A DNA stretch of 64,000 nucleotides from Bacteroidaceae bacterium (GCA_017451695.1 JAFTNW010000003.1:18360-82359), one strand, 5' to 3'. Positions 9,969-19,979 are shown, counted from the first letter of the stretch. Notes: a model not told the origin generated them from the sequence alone. A program made the numbers and translations.

Positions 9969-11957
9969 ATGAACAGAGCAATATCATACAGCATACTACT
10001 CCTTACAATGCTTGCCATTCTATCGTGTGGCAGCGAAAAGGCAATAAAGAAAGGCGACCAATATGCTGCCGTGAACGAATATTACGAGGCTGCAAAGCAA
10101 TATAAAAAGGCCTATCGCAAGATTCCCGCAAAGGACAAAAAGAAACGAGCCGTGGTTGCGTGGAAATTGGGAGAGTGCTACCGAAAAAGCAACAATGCCG
10201 TGCGTGCCGTGGGTGCATATATGAATGCCGTGCGTTACAAATACCCCGACTCGCTTGCCCTGCGCCATCTGGCCGACGCACAGCTCGAAAAAGGCGACTA
10301 CAAGGATGCCGTTAAGAATTACGAAGAGTATCTGAAGCTGAACAGCAACGACAAGCTCGCCATCGTAGGCCTGCAAGCAGCCAAGCAGTCGCTCGACTGG
10401 AAGAAAAACCCCAACCGCTACATTGTAAAAAAAGCAAAGGAACTTAACGGGCAGCGAAGCGACTACTGCCCCATGTATGTGGGCGACGACACCACTATGA
10501 TTGTTACCACCTCCACACGCAAGGAGGCAAAAGGGGACGACCTCAGTGGAATAACAGGGCAAAAGAGTGCCGACATATTCCTCACCCGCCGCGATGAAAA
10601 AGGCAAATGGCAGAAGACCGAGGTTATCGAGAGCGAAATCAACAGCGAGAATGAGGATGGTGCTTGCGCATTCACTCCCGATGGCAAGACCATGTATTTC
10701 ACCCGATGCGTTACCGACAACCAATATCCGCGCTACGCCGCAATATACAGTAGCAACCGCAGCGATGCATCGTGGAGCGGAGTAAAGAAAATAGAGATTT
10801 CAAAGGATACACTATCCTCATTTGCCCACCCCGCTGTATCGCCCGACGGCGAATGGCTCTACTTTGCATCGGACATGGCAGGCGGCTACGGCGGGTTCGA
10901 CCTTTGGAGATATTACATAGGGAACAGCGCGGCCAAGCAAGAGATTGTGGAAAACCTTGGCGGTGCAGTAAACACCGAGGGAGATGAGCTGTTCCCGGCC
11001 TTCGGCCCCAACAAAGAACTTTTCTTCTCGTCCGACGGATACCCCGGCATGGGCGGACTTGACATATATTCGGCCATACAAGAGAACGACAGCGTGTGGA
11101 CAATTGAAAATATGATGGCTCCCATGAACTCCAACGGCGACGACTTTGGAATAACATTTGCCCCGGGACTCTACCGTGGATATTTTTCATCGAACAGAGG
11201 CGATGCCCGTGGATGGGACCACATTTACTCATTTCTGTTGCCAGAGACGGTGCATACACTGCACGGCTGGATATATGAGAAAGATGGTTATGAACTGCCC
11301 GAGGGCATAATATATATGGTGGGCAAGGATGGAACAAACACAAGCTTCGGAGTGATGAAAGATGGTTCATACTCTGTGCGTGTAACCCCTGGGATGGATT
11401 ATGTGTTGCTTGGTACATGTAAAGGTTACTTGAACACCATGCAGGAGTTATCTACCGACAGTGTAGAAGGAACAATGTACTACCAAAGAGATTTTGCATT
11501 GCCTTCAATAACCCGCCCTGTGCTCATTGACAACATTTTCTATGAGTTTGACAAGGCCACGCTCACAAAGGAGTCGGAGGCATCGCTCGATGAACTTATT
11601 AAACTTTTGAACCTGAACCCCAACGTAACCATAGAGCTAAGCTCGCACTGCGACTACAAGGGCAGCGACAAATACAATGCACGCCTGTCGCAAGCACGCG
11701 CCGAATCTGTTGTAAACTATCTTATTAAAGGTGGCATAGAGGCCGAGCGACTAACAGCCAAAGGATATGGCGAGGAAAAACCGAAGATTGTTCACAAGAA
11801 ACTGACAGAGAAGATTCCATTCTTGAAAGAGAACGATGTGCTGACCGAGGATTTCATAAAGGGACTTGAAAGCGAAGAGCAGCAGGAGATTTGCAATCAG
11901 CTGAACCGCCGCACCGAGTTCCAGGTATTGCGCACAACATACAAACTATACAAATAG
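9969..11957 (+). CDS. PorE-like T9SS-associated lipoprotein (TPR + PD40/WD40-like beta-propeller + CarboxypepD_reg-like + OmpA_C domains)
   Basis: Lipobox LAILSCGS. TPR-like N-terminus. Repeated PD40-type segments (FTPDGKTMYFT, PAVSPDGEWLYFASD, ELFFSSDG). A HGWIYEKDGYELPEG...YSVRV beta-sandwich. C-terminal OmpA_C block NRRTEFQVL. The 662-aa size and domain order match P. gingivalis PorE. Confidence 0.6.
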   Translation: MNRAISYSILLLTMLAILSCGSEKAIKKGDQYAAVNEYYEAAKQYKKAYRKIPAKDKKKRAVVAWKLGECYRKSNNAVRAVGAYMNAVRYKYPDSLALRHLADAQLEKGDYKDAVKNYEEYLKLNSNDKLAIVGLQAAKQSLDWKKNPNRYIVKKAKELNGQRSDYCPMYVGDDTTMIVTTSTRKEAKGDDLSGITGQKSADIFLTRRDEKGKWQKTEVIESEINSENEDGACAFTPDGKTMYFTRCVTDNQYPRYAAIYSSNRSDASWSGVKKIEISKDTLSSFAHPAVSPDGEWLYFASDMAGGYGGFDLWRYYIGNSAAKQEIVENLGGAVNTEGDELFPAFGPNKELFFSSDGYPGMGGLDIYSAIQENDSVWTIENMMAPMNSNGDDFGITFAPGLYRGYFSSNRGDARGWDHIYSFLLPETVHTLHGWIYEKDGYELPEGIIYMVGKDGTNTSFGVMKDGSYSVRVTPGMDYVLLGTCKGYLNTMQELSTDSVEGTMYYQRDFALPSITRPVLIDNIFYEFDKATLTKESEASLDELIKLLNLNPNVTIELSSHCDYKGSDKYNARLSQARAESVVNYLIKGGIEAERLTAKGYGEEKPKIVHKKLTEKIPFLKENDVLTEDFIKGLESEEQQEICNQLNRRTEFQVLRTTYKLYK

Positions 11958-11996
11958 CAATAGAAAAGAGGCTCCGCGGAGCCTCTTTTCTATTGC
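11957..11996. terminator. Bidirectional terminator shared by the convergent PorE-like and ruvC genes
   Basis: A 40-nt near-perfect palindrome gcaatagaaaagaggctccgcggagcctcttttctattgc that overlaps both stop codons. Confidence 0.7.
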
Positions 11997-12571
11997 TTTA
12001 TCTTATCGCTGTTTTTTCGTGCAAAATCGGCCCAACTGCTATATTTCACACCTTGCACAGGGTTGCTACGCTGCAAATAGTGGCAGAAGGCGGCACCCAG
12101 AGCATCTGTGGCATCCATAAAGCGCGGCATCTCCTCGTTGGAGATATTGAGCATGCGGCGCAACATATCGGCAACCTGTTGTTTGGAGGCCGAGCCGTTG
12201 CCCGTGATAGCCATCTTTATTTTCAATGGGGCATACTCGTGAATGGGCACCTCGCGACTTATGGCAGCGGCTATCGCCACCCCCTGCGCACGCCCAAGCT
12301 TGAGCATACTCTGCACATTTTTCCCAAAGAAAGGTGCCTCAATCGCAAGTTCATCGGGCAAGAAGGATTTTATAAGCCCCTGAACACGAGTGAAAATCTC
12401 ACCCAACTTTATATAGCTGTCGTGGCACTTGCGAAGGTCGATAACCCCCATGGCTATGAGGCGGGCGCGATTGCCATTCACTCCAATAAAGGCATAACCC
12501 ATGATATTTGTACCCGGGTCTATACCCATGATAACTTTGTCGTCGGCAGGAGCAGGCTGTTGCATATTCAT
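11990..12571 (-). CDS. ruvC: Crossover junction endodeoxyribonuclease RuvC
   Basis: 193 aa. [16 protein letters not shown] (first catalytic Asp), [10 protein letters not shown], and a C-terminal [12 protein letters not shown]. Confidence 0.9.
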   Translation of the reverse strand: MNMQQPAPADDKVIMGIDPGTNIMGYAFIGVNGNRARLIAMGVIDLRKCHDSYIKLGEIFTRVQGLIKSFLPDELAIEAPFFGKNVQSMLKLGRAQGVAIAAAISREVPIHEYAPLKIKMAITGNGSASKQQVADMLRRMLNISNEEMPRFMDATDALGAAFCHYLQRSNPVQGVKYSSWADFARKNSDKIKQ

Positions 12572-13044
12572 AGACCAAGATATTTGAGTAACCCCTTGCA
12601 GCCCTTTTCAATCTCCTTATATGTGGTCGAAAAATCGCCATGATACCAAGGGTCGGAGATATCGTCGCCCGAGAGTGGCTGCGCACATCCCTTGGCATTG
12701 CAGGCTGCAAAATCGAGCAGTTTCCACACCTTGCCGCCATTGACAGGCAGGGAACGCATATTCCTTATATTGTAGTTTTCCATTACGATAATCATATCAT
12801 AATCGGAAAAATCGGACAGCGTTATACGGCGGGCACGCTTGCCATTGCACGATATTCCGTGGCGTGCAAGCTCACGCACTGCAGGGGGATATACACCATT
12901 GCCTATCTCCTCACTGCTTGTTGCTGCCGACTCAATGTGCAACAGCGCATCTGCACCGGCCTTACCGGCGATATCCTTCATAATAAATTCTGCCATGGGA
13001 GAACGACAAATGTTCCCATGGCACACAAAAAGTATGTTTTTCAT
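12568..13044 (-). CDS. Low-molecular-weight protein-tyrosine phosphatase (LMW-PTP)
   Basis: 158 aa. N-terminal P-loop [16 protein letters not shown] (CX5R-S) and a DPWY-type Asp loop DISDPWYHG. It overlaps the ruvC start by 4 nt and the cdd stop by 1 nt. Confidence 0.85.
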   Translation of the reverse strand: MKNILFVCHGNICRSPMAEFIMKDIAGKAGADALLHIESAATSSEEIGNGVYPPAVRELARHGISCNGKRARRITLSDFSDYDMIIVMENYNIRNMRSLPVNGGKVWKLLDFAACNAKGCAQPLSGDDISDPWYHGDFSTTYKEIEKGCKGLLKYLGL

Positions 13045-13526
13045 TATTCCAAGAATGCGGAGTCGAAAGAGAGGGGCATTAGCGCCTTTATACCATCTTC
13101 TATTATATAGCTCTCCTTCGTTCCAAACAATATTATTTTAATAGCCTTGCCAAAACGCTTTTCAGTCTCCAAAATAACCTGGCGACACGCACCGCATGGA
13201 GGGATAGGCATAGGCAACTCGCCCTTATCGGTACGGGCAGCTATCGCCATGGCAAGCACTGCGTTTTCGGGATACTGCGAATTGGCCCAAAAGAGCGTGG
13301 TACGCTCGGCACAAAGGCCCGATGGGTAGGCTGCATTTTCCTGATTGCTGCCCTTTACTATCACATCGTTATCCAAACGCACGGCAGCACCCACATTGAA
13401 TTTTGAATAGACTGCGTAGCTGTTGGCGGTAGCTGCACGGGCGGCATCTACCAACTGCTTATCCTCGGCACTGAACTCATCATAGGCACAAACTTTGATT
13501 TTTGCCTCTATTGTCAATTCCTTCAT
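13044..13526 (-). CDS. cdd: Cytidine deaminase
   Basis: 160 aa. Zinc motifs GLCAERTTLF (CAE) and PCGACRQV (PCxxC). Confidence 0.85.
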   Translation of the reverse strand: MKELTIEAKIKVCAYDEFSAEDKQLVDAARAATANSYAVYSKFNVGAAVRLDNDVIVKGSNQENAAYPSGLCAERTTLFWANSQYPENAVLAMAIAARTDKGELPMPIPPCGACRQVILETEKRFGKAIKIILFGTKESYIIEDGIKALMPLSFDSAFLE

Positions 13527-13671
13527 ACTTACCTCCTTTTATAAGATATTAATAACTCGTTTCGTTTTCTCTTTTATCTATAACAAAAACAAGCATATAA
13601 TAGTGCGAAGATAAACAAATTGTTGCGTAAAATCAATTTATTCGTTTATTTTGTAGCCAAAACAGATTTTT

Positions 13672-14619
13672 ATGAAATTTACACACCTATTAATAACACT
13701 CGCCCTGTTTACGCTTATCGGCTGTTCATCACACAAAAAAGGCGCAACCACACAGGCTGCAAAAAGCTATTCACAAGCAAGAGACGACTATGAGCGATAT
13801 GTACTTACCTACTATCCTATCGCTGTGGAACAGATGGAAAAGCACAATATCCCTGCCAGCATCACCCTTGCACAGGGGCTGTTGGAATCGGGGGCAGGAA
13901 AGAGCAAGCTTTCGCGAACATCGAACAACCATTTTGGCATTAAAGCCGATAAAAGCTGGAATGGGAAACGCACATCGGCAATGGACAACGGCCGCCTGTG
14001 CTATTTCAGGAAATATGAGAATGTAAGAGACTCCTACGAAGACCACTCCAAGTTCCTTGTAAACCGCCGGCGATATGCATTTCTATTCAAACTCGACAAC
14101 GATGACTACAAAGGGTGGGCAAAGGGGCTTAAAAAGGCAGGATATGCCGAAGACCCCGCTTACCCCGGCAAACTTATAAGCCTCATTGAGCGGTATGAGT
14201 TATACCGATACGACGGCTACACCATGAAGAAAATTAAGAAGAGCGATGGCGTGGCCTTTGAGAATTACGAAAAGAACAGCGGCAGAACCATATACAGAAG
14301 CAACGGGCTGTTATACATAATAGGGAATACCGGCGATACATTCAAATCGCTCAGCAAGGAGGTGGGTGTGTCGCGCCGCAAGCTCGTAAAGTACAACGAC
14401 TTATACCCCGACTATATAATTAAGGCCGGGGATATCATTTATCTTGAAAAAAAGAACAACAAGACAGGGAAGGGGCACCCCACACATATCGTACAACAGG
14501 GAGAGAGCCTCCATTCCATATCACAAAAATACGGTGTGAGGATGGAAAAACTATGCAAGAGAAACGCACAAGCCGTTGAAAATGGGATTAAAGTTGGAGA
14601 TATTATAAAGCTGCGATAG
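13672..14619 (+). CDS. Peptidoglycan hydrolase: N-acetylglucosaminidase (FlgJ/GH73-like) domain plus two LysM repeats, lipoprotein
   Basis: Lipobox LIGCSS. GH73-like block LAQGLLESGAGKSKLSRTSNNHFGIK...YAEDPAYPGKL. Two LysM-like repeats (GDTFKSLSKEVGVSRRKLVKYN; GESLHSISQKYGVRMEKLCKRN). Confidence 0.75.
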   Translation: MKFTHLLITLALFTLIGCSSHKKGATTQAAKSYSQARDDYERYVLTYYPIAVEQMEKHNIPASITLAQGLLESGAGKSKLSRTSNNHFGIKADKSWNGKRTSAMDNGRLCYFRKYENVRDSYEDHSKFLVNRRRYAFLFKLDNDDYKGWAKGLKKAGYAEDPAYPGKLISLIERYELYRYDGYTMKKIKKSDGVAFENYEKNSGRTIYRSNGLLYIIGNTGDTFKSLSKEVGVSRRKLVKYNDLYPDYIIKAGDIIYLEKKNNKTGKGHPTHIVQQGESLHSISQKYGVRMEKLCKRNAQAVENGIKVGDIIKLR

Positions 14620-14716
14620 GGGGGGACAAAAAAACTTACACCCTATCTATGGGCCGTTTCCATATCAAAAATGAGAAATAAATTAACTTATGTTTTAATT
14701 AATACATTTTTTTTTA

Positions 14717-14724
14717 TACCTTTG
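14717..14724 (+). promoter_or_regulatory. Bacteroides-type -7 box (TAccTTTG) upstream of the first OmpA-like gene
   Basis: Exact TAnnTTTG match, 52 nt upstream of ATG 14776. It lies inside the ORF-track N-terminal extension, which argues against the 14671 start. Confidence 0.3.
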
Positions 14725-14775
14725 CCCCATTGTACGAAATTTAACAAAAAACACAAAATATTAATTTTTAGGAAG

Positions 14776-16008
14776 ATGAACAATTTTAGTTTTTCAAAGA
14801 CGTTTCTTGCAGTCGCTGCATTCATGCTTGTTTCAAGCTTGGCAGAGGCACAGGTTATCAAAACGGAAACAATCCGCGAGTCGCGTCTGAGCAGCCTTGC
14901 TGCTGCATTGGGAGATTCCACCGAGCTAATTGTGGCAGATGATGCCGCACTCAATGCTAAAAGTTGGTTCGTATCATTTGGCGTAGGCGCAAATGCCATA
15001 ACTGCCGAAGGCAACAACAAGGTAAACGACTTCTTGGACCGCAGAAGAGGCAGAATACAGATTTCTACCGGTTGCTGGTTTAACGACTATTTTGGTATCA
15101 GAGGACAGGTAGGTTTGGGCAAAGTAAGTGCCTATTACTTGGCCGGTGCCATTTACGGCAAGCCTTTGAACTCTTTTGATTATAACCCCGCTACCATGCA
15201 GTACATCATAAACAAAGGCGGCCTTGCATATTTCCGCAGAAAATTCACTTACATGGATTTCAATGTAGCTGCCATGACCGATGTCGTTAAATGGTTCAAG
15301 AAGGACAGCAAATGGGGTGTTCAGCTATATGCAGGTCCCACATTCACATATTCATTCAACAAACAGGACTTCGGCCACAACGCCACTTTGGGTGTTAAAG
15401 CAGGTACACAGATCGATTACAGAATAAGCAAAAGATGGTCAATCATGGGTGATGTGCAGGCAAACATCCTCAACGAATCGTTCGACGGAGTAGTTGGTGG
15501 AGAGATAGGCGGCGAATACAGAAAATTTGATTTTCTCGCAGCAGCAAGCCTTGGTTTGAGCTACCACTTCGGCGGTGAGCCTTCAAAAGTTGATGTAAAC
15601 ATCCCTGTTGTTTACGAAAACACATTCATTCCCCAACCCAAGCGTATTAAAGAGGTTAAAGCCCCTGCAAAAGAGGTTATTGCACCTTTTGTTGTACGAT
15701 TCTTCATCGACAAATCATACATCGAGAAGGGCCAGAAGCCCCAAATCAACAAATTTGCCGAGTATCTGAAAAACAACAAGAACGCCAAGGTGATGCTTAC
15801 CGGTTATGCCGATAAGGAGACTGCATACCCCGAGTACAACATGCGTTTGAGCCAGAAGCGTGTAAATTCTGTAAAGAAGTACCTTATTGAAGAGTGCGGC
15901 ATTGCAGAAGAGCGCATCGAAACAAATGCAAAGGGTGATACAGAGCGCGTTTACGACGAGGATTTCCGTTGGAACCGTGTAGTAGTGATGACTATTGTTG
16001 AGGATTAA
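14776..16008 (+). CDS. OmpA family outer membrane protein (beta-barrel + OmpA_C)
   Basis: Signal peptide MNNFSFSKTFLAVAAFMLVSSLAEAQ. C-terminal OmpA_C block TGYADKETAYPEYNMRLSQKRVNSV...NRVVV. Confidence 0.75.
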   Translation: MNNFSFSKTFLAVAAFMLVSSLAEAQVIKTETIRESRLSSLAAALGDSTELIVADDAALNAKSWFVSFGVGANAITAEGNNKVNDFLDRRRGRIQISTGCWFNDYFGIRGQVGLGKVSAYYLAGAIYGKPLNSFDYNPATMQYIINKGGLAYFRRKFTYMDFNVAAMTDVVKWFKKDSKWGVQLYAGPTFTYSFNKQDFGHNATLGVKAGTQIDYRISKRWSIMGDVQANILNESFDGVVGGEIGGEYRKFDFLAAASLGLSYHFGGEPSKVDVNIPVVYENTFIPQPKRIKEVKAPAKEVIAPFVVRFFIDKSYIEKGQKPQINKFAEYLKNNKNAKVMLTGYADKETAYPEYNMRLSQKRVNSVKKYLIEECGIAEERIETNAKGDTERVYDEDFRWNRVVVMTIVED

Positions 16009-16033
16009 TAAGAATTATAAAATAGGAAATAAC

Positions 16034-17203
16034 ATGAAAAAGTTTGCAATAATATCTCTTTTATTGGCTGTTAGTTTCTCAACATACGCTCAGGAAAAAT
16101 ATGTTGAGACTACAACAAAGACAGAAACCGTAAGTGTTGATTATAAGACACTTTACAAATCGTCGTTCTTTAGCAACTGGTATGTTCAAGGTGCATTTGG
16201 AGGTACAATGTTGCTGGGAGAGGATGACAGCGCCCTCTCTTTTGGCGACAGAGTGAAGCCCGGTTTCTCTATTGCTATAGGCAAGCAGATTACTCCGGTA
16301 TTCGGCATACGCGTAGGTGTCGATGGCAACAGACTGCTTGGCTGGAACAGCAACTTCGGTGGCCGTTACCCCAACCACTACACCGACCCTCGCAAGGAGT
16401 ACCTTGACAACAAGGGCGTAGATACAAGCAACGGCTACGACCAGGATATCAAATACTACTCTTTGAACGCTGATTTCATGGTCGACCTCATCAACGCCTT
16501 CTCAAAAGAGAAACGCGAGCTCAAGAAATGGGATGTAGAGGCATATGTGGGAATTGCCGCGCTCTCTACCATTGAGAGAAAAGGTATTGAAAAACGCACT
16601 TTGTTTGCCGGTAGAGGTGGTATCTCTACAACATACAATATCTGCAAAAGAGTTGGTATCAACCTCGACATCAACGGTACAATCACCAGCGCAACATTCG
16701 ACGGACATGACAACAAAGGTACCGATTTCGATGGTTTGTGCTCGGCAAAGATTGGTTTGAAATGGAGAATCGGCAAGCAGGGTTTCAAAACCGCACATGC
16801 AATCTCGGCAAGCCAATATGCCGCACTCAGCAACTATCTTGCCGCCGTTAAGACACAGCAGATGGACAAAGCCGAGCCCAAAGAGCAGATTGTGGTTATT
16901 CCCGCAGAGAAAGACAACATCTTGGTTCCCTACGTTGTATTCTACGATGGCAAAGAGACCTTCAACCAAGAGTTGCAGATGGTTAATATCTCTAACATTG
17001 CAAAAATGTTGAAAGAGAATGCCGAATACAAGATGGAGATTGTTGGTAACACCAATTCAACAAAGGCCGAGATTGCCGAGAAACGTGCAAACAAGGTTAA
17101 GGAGATTCTTATCAACCGCTACTCTATCAATGGCGACCGCCTGACCGTAAAAACACAAGACATGGGCGAGGATAGCCAGACCGTACATTTCATCAACAGA
17201 TAA
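16034..17203 (+). CDS. OmpA family outer membrane protein, tandem paralog
   Basis: Signal peptide MKKFAIISLLLAVSFSTYAQ. Barrel-like N-terminal half and an OmpA_C-like C-terminus (VGNTNSTKAEIAEKRANKV). The tandem arrangement resembles the paired OmpA-like proteins of other Bacteroidales. Confidence 0.7.
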   Translation: MKKFAIISLLLAVSFSTYAQEKYVETTTKTETVSVDYKTLYKSSFFSNWYVQGAFGGTMLLGEDDSALSFGDRVKPGFSIAIGKQITPVFGIRVGVDGNRLLGWNSNFGGRYPNHYTDPRKEYLDNKGVDTSNGYDQDIKYYSLNADFMVDLINAFSKEKRELKKWDVEAYVGIAALSTIERKGIEKRTLFAGRGGISTTYNICKRVGINLDINGTITSATFDGHDNKGTDFDGLCSAKIGLKWRIGKQGFKTAHAISASQYAALSNYLAAVKTQQMDKAEPKEQIVVIPAEKDNILVPYVVFYDGKETFNQELQMVNISNIAKMLKENAEYKMEIVGNTNSTKAEIAEKRANKVKEILINRYSINGDRLTVKTQDMGEDSQTVHFINR

Positions 17204-17224
17204 TTTGTAATTGCCATATAACGG

Positions 17225-17253
17225 ATCAGGGGGCTCCAAAGGGGCCCCCTGAT
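17225..17253. terminator. Hairpin between convergent genes (possible bidirectional terminator)
   Basis: A 10-bp GC-rich stem atcagggggc/gccccctgat with a 9-nt loop. The flanking T-runs are weak. Confidence 0.5.
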
Positions 17254-17283
17254 TAATTATATATAGCTATTTCGTATTATCAA

Positions 17284-17652
17284 TCAATTATCTAAATTCT
17301 GCTTTTCAAGCTCCTGTGGGATTCTAAATGCGGCATATAGTTGCAACAAGGTTCCAACAAACATCACCGCAATCCACTCGTTACGGGTGTGAGTGAACAT
17401 AAGAACACCGGCTGCCACCAATACAATACCACCTATCAACTGCTGAAACACCAAGCGTTTGAGCACAAAATTGCCACCACGTACCCTCAACAGGAATTGC
17501 GTTACCACAAGAGAAACGGCGGCAGCAAGAAATATCCACGCCGCAATGCCCGGGCAAAACATTCGCCCAACAGCACCGACAAGCAGAGCAACCCACGACA
17601 AGGCATTAAGCGTGGAGACTATTCTCGTTTTCAGTGTATGAACCTTCTTCAT
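17284..17652 (-). CDS. Small integral membrane protein, function unknown
   Basis: 122 aa with about four hydrophobic helices. It starts 1 nt after the stop of the ftsB-like gene on the same strand. Confidence 0.5.
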   Translation of the reverse strand: MKKVHTLKTRIVSTLNALSWVALLVGAVGRMFCPGIAAWIFLAAAVSLVVTQFLLRVRGGNFVLKRLVFQQLIGGIVLVAAGVLMFTHTRNEWIAVMFVGTLLQLYAAFRIPQELEKQNLDN

Positions 17653-17653
17653 A

Positions 17654-17953
17654 TCAATCCTCTATTATAAATACCTCCTCACCCTCTTTATGCATTCCGT
17701 ATTTTTCACGGGCAACCTTTTCCATAATCTCCAAATCTTTATGCAGTTCATTGGACTTGTGAGTTATAACCTCTAACTCATGTTTCAACTCCTCTATCTC
17801 CGATTCAAGCATGGAAATCTCCCTTTGGTTCTGAAAATGTCTAATCATATTATTTTCGTCAAAGAATATGATAATGAGCAGAAATGTTATTGTTACAAAC
17901 CAATATTTGTTATTTCTAACCCATGTTAAGAATTTTGCTATACTGTCATTCAT
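17654..17953 (-). CDS. Septum formation initiator (FtsB/DivIC family) protein
   Basis: One N-terminal TM helix (YWFVTITFLLIIIFF), then a coiled coil (ISMLESEIEELKHELEVI) and the family-typical EKVAREKYGMHKEGEEVF. ATG 17953 is preferred over the TTG at 18001. Confidence 0.65.
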   Translation of the reverse strand: MNDSIAKFLTWVRNNKYWFVTITFLLIIIFFDENNMIRHFQNQREISMLESEIEELKHELEVITHKSNELHKDLEIMEKVAREKYGMHKEGEEVFIIED

Positions 17954-18079
17954 AAACCTTATATTAATATTATAGTCAGGCCAAAGCCGTTCAAGAAACA
18001 AAGGTAGGAATTTTTTGTAATTGAAAAGATAATATTGACAGATTTTGCCAAAAGAAGGGAAAGATGAAGAACTTTTTAT

Positions 18080-18110
18080 TTTGTATAACTCGGATATTAC
18101 CTTATTTTTG
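18080..18110 (+). promoter_or_regulatory. Bacteroides-type promoter (-33 TTTG, -7 TAttTTTG) for dnaX
   Basis: TTTG at 18080-18083 and TAttTTTG at 18103-18110 with a 19-nt spacer, 52 nt upstream of ATG 18162. Confidence 0.4.
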
Positions 18111-18161
18111 CAGTAAAGAACGAAGCAAAAGCAAATATTTAACAGTAAACATAAGAGAGGA

Positions 18162-19979
18162 ATGGAGAATTATATCGTTTCTGCACGAAAATACCGCCCC
18201 GATACATTTGAAACCGTTGTGGCACAAAAATCACTCACCACAACACTGAAAAATGCCATACAAACAGGCAAATTGGCACACGCCTATCTTTTCTGCGGGC
18301 CTCGCGGAGTGGGCAAGACCACTTGTGCCCGTATTTTTGCAAAGACCATAAACTGCTTGAACCACACCGCAAACGGCGAGCCCTGCAACGAATGTGAATC
18401 GTGCCGTTCCTTCAACGAACAACGCTCCTTCTCAATATACGAACTTGATGCTGCCAGCAACAACTCGGTGGAGGATATCCGTTCCCTTAACGAGCAGGTG
18501 CGCATCCCGCCACAGATAGGTAAATACAAGGTATATATTATAGACGAGGTACACATGCTGTCGCAAGCTGCCTTCAATGCATTCCTTAAAACATTGGAGG
18601 AGCCGCCGGCACACGCCATATTCATTCTTGCCACCACCGAGAAACACAAAATCATACCAACCATTCTGTCGCGATGCCAGATATATGATTTCAGTCGCAT
18701 AGATACGACAGACATCATCAACCACCTGCAAAGCATAGCCGAAAAGGAGAATATAAAGAGTGAGTTTGAGGCACTGCGCATTATCGCCCATAAATCCGAT
18801 GGTTGCATGCGCGATGCACTATCGCTCTTCGACCAAATGGTGAGTTTCACACAAGGCAACCTCAGCTATGCCAAAGTTATCGAGAGCTTGAATGTGCTCG
18901 ATTATGAATATTACTTCAAACTTACAGACTATATGCTCGATGCAAACACTTCGCAATCATTGTTGCTGTTTAACGAGATATTGAGCAAGGGGTTTGAAGG
19001 GAGCATCTTCATAGAGGGGCTTGCATCGCACATGCGCGATCTTCTTGTCAATGGCGACCCCGTTACCGCCCCCCTGTTCGAGGGGAGTGACGAGCTACGC
19101 AAAAGATATGTGAGCCAAGCGGCCAAATGCAACCCCAAGATGCTGTTCAAAGCAATAAAGCTATGCAATAACTGCGAGCTTAACTATCGCACAAGCCGCA
19201 ACAAGCGACTTTTGGTAGAGCTCACACTCATACAACTATCGCAATTGGTAACGGGCGAAGATGGTGAAGATGGGGGGCGTGGCCCTAAGACATTAAAACC
19301 CATTTTCAACAAAACAGAGCAGGCACAACCCGCACAAACAAATAGCAAGCCGCAAGAGAGCACAAGCACACCACATGTTGCAACGCAACAAACACCGCAA
19401 GTGCAGCAGGCAGCAACCGCACCCGCACCGCAAACTCCAAAAGAGCGCCCAACCACAATACAAGGACGCCCAGAATCTCTGAAAAGAGCCGAGCCGGCAA
19501 CACAAGGCTTCGGTGGTATGTTCCGTAGGGTGAGAACGACACTCGACGGCGAAACCAACAGCACACCAGCGGTACAACAAGAGCAAATAGTACACACGGA
19601 AAACAGCCCACGAAACAACACTATCACGGGTGAAATGCTTACACAGGCATGGACATCGTTTGCACTTGAACTGCCCGACAAGGAACGTGCACTCACAGAA
19701 AGAATGAAACTTATCACTCCGCAAAAGAGCGAGGATAACAGTTTTACCATTAACGTTGACAACCAGCTTGTTGCCAGGATATTTGAAGAGGAGGCAAGCA
19801 AGATTGTTACCGGCATGAGTAAGTTCCTCAATGGCACAGTACTTAAAATGAAGATAAACATAAACAAAGTGGCTGTGCAAAGACATGTCTATGACCGCAC
19901 CAAGCAGTACGAAATTTTGCGCGAAAAGAATGCAACCATAGAAAAGCTACGCAAAAGTCTTAATCTTGAACTTGCATAA
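18162..19979 (+). CDS. dnaX: DNA polymerase III subunit gamma/tau
   Basis: Walker A CGPRGVGKTTCARIF, a Zn module CNECESCRSF, Walker B YIIDEVHML, sensor SRCQIYDF, and a Q/P-rich linker before the C-terminal domain. Confidence 0.9.
   Translation: MENYIVSARKYRPDTFETVVAQKSLTTTLKNAIQTGKLAHAYLFCGPRGVGKTTCARIFAKTINCLNHTANGEPCNECESCRSFNEQRSFSIYELDAASNNSVEDIRSLNEQVRIPPQIGKYKVYIIDEVHMLSQAAFNAFLKTLEEPPAHAIFILATTEKHKIIPTILSRCQIYDFSRIDTTDIINHLQSIAEKENIKSEFEALRIIAHKSDGCMRDALSLFDQMVSFTQGNLSYAKVIESLNVLDYEYYFKLTDYMLDANTSQSLLLFNEILSKGFEGSIFIEGLASHMRDLLVNGDPVTAPLFEGSDELRKRYVSQAAKCNPKMLFKAIKLCNNCELNYRTSRNKRLLVELTLIQLSQLVTGEDGEDGGRGPKTLKPIFNKTEQAQPAQTNSKPQESTSTPHVATQQTPQVQQAATAPAPQTPKERPTTIQGRPESLKRAEPATQGFGGMFRRVRTTLDGETNSTPAVQQEQIVHTENSPRNNTITGEMLTQAWTSFALELPDKERALTERMKLITPQKSEDNSFTINVDNQLVARIFEEEASKIVTGMSKFLNGTVLKMKININKVAVQRHVYDRTKQYEILREKNATIEKLRKSLNLELA

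Noticed and set aside
10020-11418. Two long minus-strand ORFs (234 and 235 aa).
   Set aside because: They are antisense to the well-supported PorE-like gene. Their composition is low-complexity and Arg/Cys/His-rich, as in shadow frames.
11891-13141. Plus-strand ORFs of 250, 156 and 100 aa.
   Set aside because: They are antisense to ruvC, the LMW-PTP gene and cdd, all of which carry clear catalytic motifs on the minus strand.
14619-14625. A G7 run immediately after the stop codon of the LysM glucosaminidase gene.
   Set aside because: It is intergenic and upstream of the predicted OmpA promoter box, with no obvious effect on frame or promoter spacing. I noted it only as a curiosity.
19184-19886. 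Minus-strand ORFs of 227, 197 and 101 aa.
   Set aside because: They are antisense to the Q/P/T-rich linker and C-terminal part of dnaX, and their Cys/Leu-rich composition is implausible for real proteins.
18162-19979. A programmed -1 frameshift site in dnaX (A-AAA-AAG type) producing a gamma subunit.
   Set aside because: I saw no such heptamer by eye within the gene, and there is no evidence that this mechanism is used outside some Proteobacteria.
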